DNA of 64,000 nt from the IMG/VR virus record IMGVR_UViG_3300037391_000010, positions 91,418 to 155,417 of that record; one strand, given 5' to 3'. Positions 19,329-30,300 of the stretch are shown here, piece by piece. A model generated the notes under the pieces. That model was not told the DNA's origin, did no database searches, and was given only the letters and a program-made list of their open reading frames with translations. The first letter of the stretch is position 1. Each line of letters starts with the position of its first letter. Source of the stretch: a virus. Position numbers and translations under genes: made by a program.

Positions 19329-20825
19329 GTGAAAATCGTCATCGCCGACAAGCTACCACAGGAACACTCTACCGAATTCAGGGGGCTCCCTGTTATAATT
19401 GAATGGCCGAAGGGAAGCACCCGTGTGGGTAAGAACCCTGACGGTACGACGTTCAAAACAGAGATGAAAGTCGATTATGGCTACATCCCCGACACGACGG
19501 CGGCTGGGGACAAGGAAAAGCTCGACATCTACGTCGGGACCAATGAAGATGCGGAATATGCCTACATTGTTGAGCAATTGGACGACAAGGGCGAATTCGA
19601 CGAGTACAAAGTGATGCTGGGATTCGACACGCTGGAAGCTGCGGAAGAGGCGTACATTGGGCAGGCGGGTGAGGACCTGCTGGGCGACATCTCCGAGGTT
19701 GATTTCGAGTACCTGTTCGACACGGTGAAAGAGAAACAGAAGGAAGCCGCTGCTAAGAAAGAAGCCAAGTTCGCCGTTGGTGAGAAATACACAGTAATTG
19801 AAGCCTTTTTGAAGAACTACAAGCACGAGGTGGACTTCTACGATGAAGTCGCGCACCTCGTACAGGACAAGTTGGATCAGGCTCTTCAGGACGCGGGAAT
19901 CAAGGCGGTGGTTAGCTCCCGTGCGAAAACCCCAGATCGGCTGAGGAAGAAGCTGTACAAGCGGAACCAAAAAAGAAACTACAAGACGTTCCGCGACATC
20001 GACGACGACATCATCGATTTAGCTGGCTGCCGCGTGGCTCTGTACATGCCCGCCGACCGCGATGCGGTTGGAAAGCTCATTGAAAAGTTATTCGTTCCCG
20101 TGCGACCCCCAAAGAGCTTCCCCGAAGCCAGCAAGCCCGAAGAAGGCGATACGCTGGGTTACACGGCGACTCACTATCTTGTGCGCCTGCGCCCCGAAAC
20201 GCTTCGTAAGAAGGAGCTTCGGTACGCCGACACTCAGATCGAGATTCAGGTAGCATCCGTCCTGATGCACGCTTGGGCTGAAGTGACCCATGACTTGCTT
20301 TACAAGCCTGAAAAGGGTGAACTGACACCCGAAGAAAAAGCAGCCCTGAGCAATCTGAATAGGTTGGTGCAGGAGGGAGAACGGGAACTTGAAAAGCTTC
20401 AGTTCGCCATCGAAGGCCGCACGGATACAAGCCTTCGGTTTGAAATCGCAGCAGCTTTGGCGACGAGTCTCAAAGCCCGGTCGATGGGAAAGACTGCCTC
20501 CCTGACCGTAGGCGACATTGAGAAGGCCGTTAGAGCTATTGTTGGAAGCAAGACATCACTGTGGTCGATTTACTTGAAAGCCACGGAGACGCTCAGGAAA
20601 GCTCGTTGGGAAAGGCCCGACGAGGAGAAATACCGCAAGGCATGGGAATCCGCTGGATATGCGAAACCCGAGGAATCGCCCGCGAGTGAAACACATTACA
20701 TTCGCGAGGCCATGGAGAAGCTCGCCCCGGGTAAGCCAGTTAGTACGTTGTGGGTTCTGCCGAATCGTAGTGAGATCATAGCTCTTGCTCAACAGTTGAA
20801 AGCCGAGGCAACAAAGGAAAAATAA
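19329..20825 (+). CDS. Inorganic pyrophosphatase-like domain fused to a RelA/SpoT-family (small alarmone synthetase-like) domain plus a C-terminal domain
   Basis: InPase: 'IEWPKGSTR...DYGYIP...D.EKLDIYVG...FDEYKVMLGF'. RelA/SpoT: RAK, DLAGCRV, GYTATHY, EIQV and HAWAEVTHDLLYK. Confidence 0.88.
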   Translation: MKIVIADKLPQEHSTEFRGLPVIIEWPKGSTRVGKNPDGTTFKTEMKVDYGYIPDTTAAGDKEKLDIYVGTNEDAEYAYIVEQLDDKGEFDEYKVMLGFDTLEAAEEAYIGQAGEDLLGDISEVDFEYLFDTVKEKQKEAAAKKEAKFAVGEKYTVIEAFLKNYKHEVDFYDEVAHLVQDKLDQALQDAGIKAVVSSRAKTPDRLRKKLYKRNQKRNYKTFRDIDDDIIDLAGCRVALYMPADRDAVGKLIEKLFVPVRPPKSFPEASKPEEGDTLGYTATHYLVRLRPETLRKKELRYADTQIEIQVASVLMHAWAEVTHDLLYKPEKGELTPEEKAALSNLNRLVQEGERELEKLQFAIEGRTDTSLRFEIAAALATSLKARSMGKTASLTVGDIEKAVRAIVGSKTSLWSIYLKATETLRKARWERPDEEKYRKAWESAGYAKPEESPASETHYIREAMEKLAPGKPVSTLWVLPNRSEIIALAQQLKAEATKEK

Positions 20826-20831
20826 GTCATC

Positions 20832-21374
20832 ATGGCAGTCGCACCCTTCACCCGCATTGTAGTCGATAAGAAGGAGGAGGCGAAGTTCCGCCGCCGAGCC
20901 CTGAATCATTACCCACTGGAATACATGGAAGCCCTGTGGGGCAAAGTACGTGGTGATATCCTCTACATTCATGCCTTTGTGAAGGTCGATCATAAGCCCG
21001 GAAAACGCACCCTTCGGTACGAGGATTACGAGATTGACGAGCATGAAGAGGATGCAGCCGAAATCGGGCTGACCTACCTTGGCACCATCCACACTCACCC
21101 AAACGCCGAAGATGCTCAATTTAGCGAGGTTGACTGTGAACAATCGCAGGACTCTCAGGACGTAATGATGGGCATCTGTGCCATCCAAACTACCTATCTT
21201 GATGAGGAAACCAAGACTCAAAAGCCCCTGAACCGCAAGGTCGTCCGCGTCGAATACTGGCCGACCGTAACCCCACTCATCGCCATTCGTCGCGACACAC
21301 CACCCTCAAGGTCGGTCAAACGAGCCCTCAAAAGGGGCTATAAACTGGCGAAAAAGAAGAAGTCCCGTCGATAA
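20832..21374 (+). CDS. JAB/MPN+ metalloprotease
   Basis: N-terminal Glu (PLEYME) and 'LGTIHTHP...FSEVD' HxH...SxxD motif. Confidence 0.8.
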   Translation: MAVAPFTRIVVDKKEEAKFRRRALNHYPLEYMEALWGKVRGDILYIHAFVKVDHKPGKRTLRYEDYEIDEHEEDAAEIGLTYLGTIHTHPNAEDAQFSEVDCEQSQDSQDVMMGICAIQTTYLDEETKTQKPLNRKVVRVEYWPTVTPLIAIRRDTPPSRSVKRALKRGYKLAKKKKSRR

Positions 21375-21392
21375 ACTTCCGCTTTCTATGGT

Positions 21393-24300
21393 ATGGGCGC
21401 TAGAATGAATCCATTGCTTCAAATGAAGACCGCCGCGTTCTCCTCGGTACGGGAAATCAATATCTCGGAAGATCAGGGCTCCGCAGAAGGGTACACAGCG
21501 GACACCAGTGCGGAACAACTCCAGAATTGGCTCGACCGCTTCGGCTACACGAACGAGGAATTCGTTGCCGACCTGCGGAAGAAATACGATAGCTTCGCCG
21601 TATTGAATAACATCAATGTGTACGAAGATTCCCGTGGCAAGGGCTACGGCGATTACCTGCTTCAGGAATTCCTGCGAGAAGCTGGGGATCATGGTGCGGG
21701 TATCTGCCTGCTGGTCGCCGACACTGCCGAGGAACAGGCCAAGGGTTTCAGCTTGGTGGAGTGGTACGAACGTAACGACTTCGAGCAGATTGCCTCGGTC
21801 TACGGCGGGGAACTGATGATATTGGGCATCATGAATCCGAAGATTGTGGCAAAGAAAGCAGCCGCCGACATCGGTCAGATGAAGAACATTGTTGCCGAGA
21901 TGATGAGCGTACTCACCGCTGGGCTACCACAGCCCGAAGTCAAGATCATAAACCAGACCAATAGAACGTTGGGGCAATGCCGTTGGCTTTGGGGCAAGAA
22001 AGCCGATCAGACTTGGGGCGATGACAATACCACGTTGGAAATTCAGAAGAAAGTTCTGGGGCACGAGGAGACCCTCCGTCGCGTCATCGCCCACGAACTG
22101 TGTCACCATGAAGTTGCTTTGCTCGTTGCTAAACCAAAGCTTCTGGAGATCGGCTACGAAACCTACAAACGGTATCAGAACATTTTCGGGCCTGATGGAC
22201 ACGGCAAGGAATGGAAGGAAGTCGCCAAGCGTTTCGATGCAAAATACGGTGCGGACTTTGTGACAGAGAAATCCGATAAGGACACCGTAGTGGACGAACA
22301 AGGCAAAGAAATCTTCATCCTGCTCAATAACTATGTCTACGGTCGGCACAAGCAGCGTTTGGGCTGGCAGTGGGCAGTGGGGCTTAGCCGTCAGGCTATG
22401 GCGTACCTCGATGGGATTGATTGGACTTCAGGCGAATTCAAACTGGTCAAGACGACTGATGCTGTATTCACCAAGGGGCGAGGCCGAATCAAGCAGTACA
22501 CAGGATGGAATTTGCCGCGCACCCCTGAACAGGAACAGAAGCTTCAAGACCTCTGGGCGAATGCTCCGATGGCGAAGTTCGGTGCCGACGAAGACAAGAC
22601 TGCCAAGTCAGGCCCGCACAAGAATGCGACATCCCAGATCAACCTGCCGCCCGAAGCCGCCGCTGGGATGATGGAAGCCGCGAAGCAAATTCCCGATGAG
22701 GAACTCGGCAAGGATGGTCGCGAGGATGACCCACACATCACAGTTAAGTACGGAGTAAAGCCCGATCCCGATTTGTTGAGTCAAGTTGTAGGTGAACAGC
22801 AACCATTTACGGTAACGCTGGGCAAGACGCACGTATTTTCCGTGAGCGAAAGTTCCGACGCTCAAGCTCCTATCGTGGTTCAATGCCATGCTCCCGAACT
22901 TGAGGCTCTCCACAACAAGGTCGCGGAAGCGATTGGCACTCGCAAGGATGATTTCCCCTACGTGCCACATGTAACTCTCGCTTATGTCAAGCCCGACGTT
23001 GCCGCCAAATATGAAGGAATGGACTGGGCTGAGGGCATCTCCTTCCAAGTAGACGCCATCACCCTGAGTACGAAGGGCGGCGGTCAGGTTCGAGTGCCAT
23101 TTGGCAAGCCTCGTAAGTCCGCATCCCACAAAACCCCACCGATGAGCGACACGCAGTACCAGAACCCTGAGATGGGTGAGGAGACGAACGCTTACGCAGA
23201 CATTCCAGAGCGTGTGAAGGGTGTCGAAGACCTGCCTTCGCTCGAATCGCTTTCGCCTGACCTATTCAAGACGGGAGCGGGCAGCGTTCACGATCTCGAT
23301 TTACAGGACGTGGTTGCTTGGGGCGGCAGCCTCAGTGAGGCACAGGGCGATTGGAACAAGATCAGGGCAGAGGCCGCTGAACGTGTGAAGGCTGAAGGCA
23401 AGGATTGGGAGAAAATGCCCGAGGCTGAACAGGAAGTGTGGCTCGACAAGATTGGCTGGGAGTGGCTCGGGGCGACATGGGAAGTCACCATGAACCGCCT
23501 CCAATCTCTGAAGTTCCCTCTCGTAGTCTACCGTGGGCTGGGCTCCGTCAGCCTCAAGGAGATCAACAAGGGGCAATACAAAGAGAAGGGCACGGGCATC
23601 TATTGGTCTTATGATGAGAACAACGCTTACGTGCATGAGGAACTCGCCGCTGGGCATTCGCACATCATAATGTTGCGAGGCGTCGTGAGTTCACCAAAGC
23701 AGATCGATTGGATTCGTACCGCTTATGTCAACCTCGTGGCATCGGATGAGAAGGAAATCAACATCTGGCCGGGTGAAGAGGTTCAGATCACGGGCTACAA
23801 GTACAAGGGTGAGAAGGCGTGGAAGAATCCACCGAAGAATCTCCGTCAAGTACGTGCCGCCGCCACGAACTTCAAGCCCATGCTGTTCGACAACTGGTGT
23901 GACGCGAACCCGATGTACCAGCCTGACGATTTCAACGAGGCCGAATACCGTTACGATGAGAATGTCGCCCACTTCAGCACTGTGGATTTCCCCATCACGA
24001 TCTACCGTGCGGTTCAAGTTGAGCAAGGCACGCAGCCGAACTTGGAGAAGGCTGGCATCTATTGGACGTGGGTTGAGAACAGTGCTGATGCGTACTTTGG
24101 TTCGGGGTCGATATGGGATCAAGGCGGGCCGCATCCGAAGAACCCTCAAACCTTAATTCTAAAAGCCAAGGTGTTGCGTTCGACCGATGTGGATTGGGAC
24201 GCGACTCTTCTCGCCAACATGCTCAACGAAGACGAGAACGAGATCACTGTTGAGGCAGGTGCCCAGCTTCAATTGATTGGTATCGATTACGGGCAAGGCT

Positions 24301-27300
24301 ATAAGAAGCCCGCTCAGAAAAGGGTCATGGCATACGGCGACGAATCCAAGAACCTGCCTTTACGTGGACAGAAAGGTGTGGGCGGACAGGACTTTCCTCT
24401 GATGTTCGACCCGCCGTTGTTCTCGGATGAGAAGGAAGCCGCAGGCAGACCGAAGTTCTACCACGGCACGGCAGCGGAGAACCTCGACGACATCCTAAAG
24501 AACGGGCTCAAAGCCAGCAAGGATATGAGCAGCAACGAGTGGGGTCGGTCTGTGTACCTCGCCTGCGATGCATACACGGCAAAGAACTACGAGGGGCATC
24601 AAGGCAAGGGTCGCGGCAACTGGGTCATATTGGAGATCGACGGCAATAAGCTCCATGAAGACCTGCTTCGTCCCGACGATTACGATTTCCGCGACATCTT
24701 CGAGAGCTTGCCCGAGGAAGAGAAGGCAAAATGCGAGGGCAACTGGGCGTGGTGCGATTGGCGAATAAGCCTTGAGCACAGTTGTCAAGTGGCGTACATG
24801 GGCGATGTCCCGCCTGACGCCATTAAGGTCGTTCCAACGCCGAAGTTCAGCGCAAAGATCAATCCCAAGTTAAAAGCATGGTTCAACGGTTCGAAGGTTG
24901 TGGACGACAAAGGACAGCCACGCATTGTGTACCACGGCAGCAAATCCACGTGGATCAGTTCCTTCGATCTGGGTATGGAAGGCACAGGCACGGCAGGCAG
25001 CACAAAGTGGGGCGGCATTTGGTTCACATCGAACCAAGGAAACGCCAGTTGGTTCGCCGATCCGCCCGAGGAAAAGGTTGAAGCACGCACTGATGACGTG
25101 ACGGTCTACGGTAATGACCCGTATTATGCCGCCATCACCGACATTAACGGCGAAGGCATTTTCGAAGTTGGCCCGCATCCTACAGAAGAGGAAGCGGAGC
25201 GAGACGGCATTGCACAGGCGAAAATGTACAACGAGCATCTGGGTGAGGACACCAACGTCCAAGCCGTCTACCTGAAGATCGTCAACCCGTATGTCACCGA
25301 TCAGATTCCGCGTGACAAGGAATTCAAAGCCGCTCGGGATGGCGGACACGACGGGATCATCGCCAAAGAGGTAACGGATGGTGTGGAGGTTAGCGATGTG
25401 TTTGTCGTGTTCAGTCCGAATCAGGTCAAGTCCGCTACCCGCAATGTCGGGAACTATGACCCGAACAACCAAAGCATTATAGCGGGTGGGTCAACCCAGT
25501 TGTTGCCCGACGAAGTGGAGCTAGTTGCAGACATCGCTCAAAGCGGCGGCGGGAAGGCATTCCCGAAGCTGGAGAAAGAGCCATTGTTCCCCGAGGATAA
25601 AGAGAAAACTGCCAGTGCCACACCAGAAATCAAGGAAGAAGCAAACAGTCTCCGATTAGAAGTTGGGGGGCAGAAGATTGGCTATATCGGTTATCGCGTG
25701 GATCAAGTCGGCAAGAAGAAGTTTGCCGAAATCTCCGGTCTCGAAGTGGACAAGGCATGGCGTAGACAGGGGTGGGGAACAAAGCTGTACGAAGCTCTTG
25801 CCGCAAAAGCGAAACGCGAAGGCATCTCGTTCCTGACCTCCAACCTCAGCGGTATGACCTCTTCTGACGCAGAGGGTGTGTGGTCTCACCTTATTGGTAA
25901 AGGGTACAACATTGAGGAGGTTGCATCCGAGGATTCGGAGACGGGCAAGCCGTATTTCAAGTGGAAAGTCGCCAAGCAGTACGGCCCCGTCTATCACGGC
26001 ACCTATCACGAATGGTCTGACAAAATCCAGAATGACAAATACAAGATCGGAAAGTTTTTCAGTTCAGACCCGCTTGTGGCACAGGCATACGGCAGCTTCG
26101 TGCATGAATGTTATCTGACGATGAACAAACCATTCATCGTGGACGCGAAGGGAGAAAGTTACTCCTCAATCCCCACGCCCGAAGCGTTGAAGCGTTGGGT
26201 TGCCTCTGGAATGGATACGGTCGATACTGACAACATTGCTGATTACGCCTCCAAACATGGGTACGATGGCGTCATCATTAAAAACGTTGTTGAGCTTCAC
26301 CACCAAGTCGAGGCGGACGACTACATCGTGTTTAAGCCCAATCAGATTAAGGTGAAGGGCGTCATTGAGCCTGAGATCAGTCCTTACACTGCCAACAAAT
26401 ACCATAAGCAAGAGTTGCAGCGTCGTTTTGAAAAGAAATACCCCCAGACGGCAAGCTCGCACACGGCGGCGGGACTCCCGTCATTCAATGCGTGGGTGAA
26501 GAAGAACGGCGGCATCGCCAAGATTCTCGACATGTACGACGTTGACACAGCGGAGACTTACGGTTCCGGGTTGGAAGAGCCCGAGAATCAAGCTGACGTT
26601 AAACGTTACGAGAAAGAACTACACAAGCGTGCCTTGGCGGACTTTCAAGAGCGATACGAGCATTTTATCGCGGAGTACCAAAGCTGGCAATTCCCGATGG
26701 ATGTGTTCCGTTGCATCTCTTTGCCAAAGCCTGACAGCAACGCAGGACAGCAGCACTTGTTCCCCGATACTCCGCAGGCACAGTTCCAGCAAGGATTGCA
26801 GGCGATAAAGTACAACGGCGTCGGCATCTTCTGGTCGTGGGATGAAAACTCCGCAGAATGCCATTGGGGTTCTGGCGGGCCGAACGTGACGCTGCACGGC
26901 ATAATCAACAAAGACAACGTTGATTGGGAAGGCACGCTTTACGCCAACATGTTTCCCGCATTGGGCGACGACGAAAAAGAAGTCCGTCTGATAGAGGGTA
27001 CACAATTTGAGCTTGAGGGAATCCAATACGACGAGAAGTCGGGATGGTCGCAGCCCCCAGTGAAGACGGTTACGGCAGCGAAGGCCAAGAAGCGTGTGTT
27101 CTACCATGCGACGAGTGCCGCGAACATCAATGGCATTGCACAGCACGGGTTGAAGCCTTCGGAGAAGACGAACTGGGGTGGTATGCTGGGAGATAGCTCC
27201 CTTGGCAAGACGTTTTTTGCAAAAACACCCGCCTCGGCGATGTACTACGCCATGATTATCTTCCGCGACAAGCTGGAGGATAACGGTCAAGCACATGTCC

Positions 27301-30300
27301 CGATCTGCCTTCGTGTGACCATACCTGAGAAGGTTCAGTTGGACACGGAGCGGGCCCAGAATGTGCAGAGGGGAGTCCATTTACCAGAAAGTGAAGCCTA
27401 TGCTCCCGATGAGGAATCGTGGGTCACGGAGGGGATTCCGCCTGCGAACATTCAGATGTTCTGGCAGGGTAAGTGGCAGCCAGTCAAATCGGGCGATTGG
27501 GATTCCATGTTCTATTATGAAGAGGGAGAGGGCGTTGGGTACGTGGACTGGGAAGGCTCCCCCGTTGGAGATTCCGTTCCTGAAGCTATGGCTGACGTTG
27601 AGAGCTTCACGATGCCGAAGAAAGCAGGCGTGATGGGTCAGGTATACCTCCTGCACTTCGATATCGATCCGAAGGAAGAGATTCCTAGCACCCGCGAGGA
27701 CGCTAAGAAGCCGTTCCACGCTCGTCACTATATGGGCTGGGCCGAGAACGCACAGGAGCGCATCGACCAGCACTACAAGGCAACCTCAGGCGTCAAGCTG
27801 ATCGAAGCCATCCATGCCAAGGGTATTTCGTTCACCGTCGCCCGAATTTGGGATAACGTGGATCGGGACTTTGAGCGTAGGATGAAGAATCAGGGCGGAT
27901 TGAACCGTCACTGTCCTATTTGCAAGAAGCTGGGGCTCATCCCCGCGTCTCGCTATCGCGGCAAGGCATTGGAGAAGCAAGTGGCACCAGCAACACCTGA
28001 AGCAGGGCTAGATTTCGTGGAGATAGAGAAGAAGGCCGCAGCGGGTGATCTCGCCAATCTGCGGAACTACCTCACTCTGAGCCGCCGCGAGATGGGCGAG
28101 GAGTTAGCTCGGAATTTCAGCAGCTATTGGTCAGAGTTCGTAGAGAATGAGCATCCCGAGCTTGCCAATCTTATCGACGAAGATGGCTACACTGACAATT
28201 TTGACACTGTTCCCGAGGATGTATTGAGCGACTTCCTCGACCAGTACGGCAGTCGGGCACTACAGGATGACCCCGCTATGGCTCCCACGTTCCTGACTGT
28301 GGACTATCGTCGCGATGTCAAGAACGCTTGGCTCGTGCATTTCACCGACTTCCCCGATGAGATTGCCAAGAGTGGTTTCAAGTACGGCATGGATCGGGTG
28401 GAAACGCTCGCTCTAACGACCTACTTCAAGGAGGACGCGAAGAAGTTCGGTGGGTATAACTTTGCCCTCGACGCCCATCACCGCAACCTTGAATCTCTCG
28501 GGAGCAACTACGGCAAGCATTGCGTTCTGTTCCAAGCGAACGGTATTGAGACGTGGCATACAGGCGATGACTTTGAACAGATCATTTTCTGGGGTAAGGA
28601 CGCGAGGAACATCATTCCGATCTACGACAGCGGCGGGTATGGTACGTGGTCAGTCGGTGAGGACAAAGACGGTAACCCGCTGTTTGAGAGTGAAGACCTG
28701 TCGCAGGTTGTGGAGTGGGCAATTACGAACTCCGCGAAGTTGTTACCCAAAGCCAAGAAGCCGAAAGCTCAGCGTGCAGTCGCCAGTGAGATGACAACGT
28801 TATACCACCGTACTCGCCCGGGCCGTGAGGGACAGATTGACACGCAAGGATTGAGCCATATCGAAGGCGGCGGTGAACTTTGGTTTACTGATGATCCGTC
28901 TGCTTATTATGGGGACTCGCCAAACGCAATGTATAGCGTTGAGGTTCCTAAAGAAGAAGCCGAGGCCGCACACGTGGGTGGACACGATTACCGTTTCATG
29001 GGCCGTTCATTCGCCCCCGAACAAATCAAGAAGGTCGGTGCGGAGCCATGGGAAATGCGACAAGATGAATACGCGGGTCGCTGGAACGAGCAAGAGACAG
29101 AGGAGCAGAGCGGTGTGCGTCACCAGAAGAACCAAGATTGGGAACAGAATTCCCTAGCCGCCCTGTCGCTCGGTAAGATCACACCAGAACAGGCGAAGGA
29201 ACGCGGTGTGTACGAAGCGAAATCATTCATACCCCTGCCTCAGACCCCGTTGTATCACGTCACAACCGCCAAGAGTCAAGTCGAAGCGAATGGTCTCAAG
29301 ACTCGTCGTGAACTCGGTCAAAATTACGGCAAGGGGTTGGGCGGCGGCACCAGCATGAGCATCAGCTTCACTGATGATATGAGCATCGCACAGGGCATTT
29401 ACGATAACCTGCTGATCGCTCGTAAGGTTGCCGCAGGCGAGATGACCTTGGACGATCTGATTAGCACTGCCACTAAGGGCATGGGTGCGAACCGTCCGTG
29501 GATCGACGACATTCTCAAGTCGCTGGGCGGCTCCAACCCGAAGGACAAGATCAACGTGGAACTGGATGCCATACAACGTGGTGTGGCGTTCGAACACGGG
29601 CTGGGTCGTCCACCCGATGACGAAGCGATTCTGCCGCAGTACCGCAAGCCCGGGCCGTGGCGTCCTACTCCTTGGAGCCAACATTGGAAGGGCGGCGATG
29701 GAGAAGAGAAGTACACGTACTGGGAACGCGACCTCACTCCTGAGGAAAAGCAGGAACGTGTGTTTGAGTTCTTCAAGAAGTGGAGCTTCTGGCGTGAGCA
29801 AGCGGGCGGGGGACTTGATCCGCTGTACTTCATGAGTGATCCAAAAGCTTTGGGTCAGACACCCGAGAGTGAGATCACCATCCTGACATTCAAGGCTGTG
29901 CCCGGAGCAATGGGCACTCGTGAATCGGCATTGGGTGAATGGCGTGTGTACACGGGTGCGGCTGTGCAGCTTACGGGTAACGCGGCGGCGGCAAAGATGG
30001 GGATGTTTAATCCCAACCGAGCTAACGTTCAGTACAATTCCGAGAAGGGTACAGGCGAGTGGGAAGGCTGGAACATCGATTTCAGCGCCGATCCAGTCAA
30101 GGAGCACATGCTGCCCGCATCGTTCGTTCGGAAGCTGAAAGGAATTGAGCAGAAGTTCATCAACGTCGCCGATGTAGTGGAGACACAGAGCGAGCACTGG
30201 ACAAAATCCGAACGTGTGGATGAGATTCACACACAGATGGAAACCGAGAAATGGTTCGAAGCCATTCTCGTAGACGAGTACGAAGATCAGCAAGGGAAAT

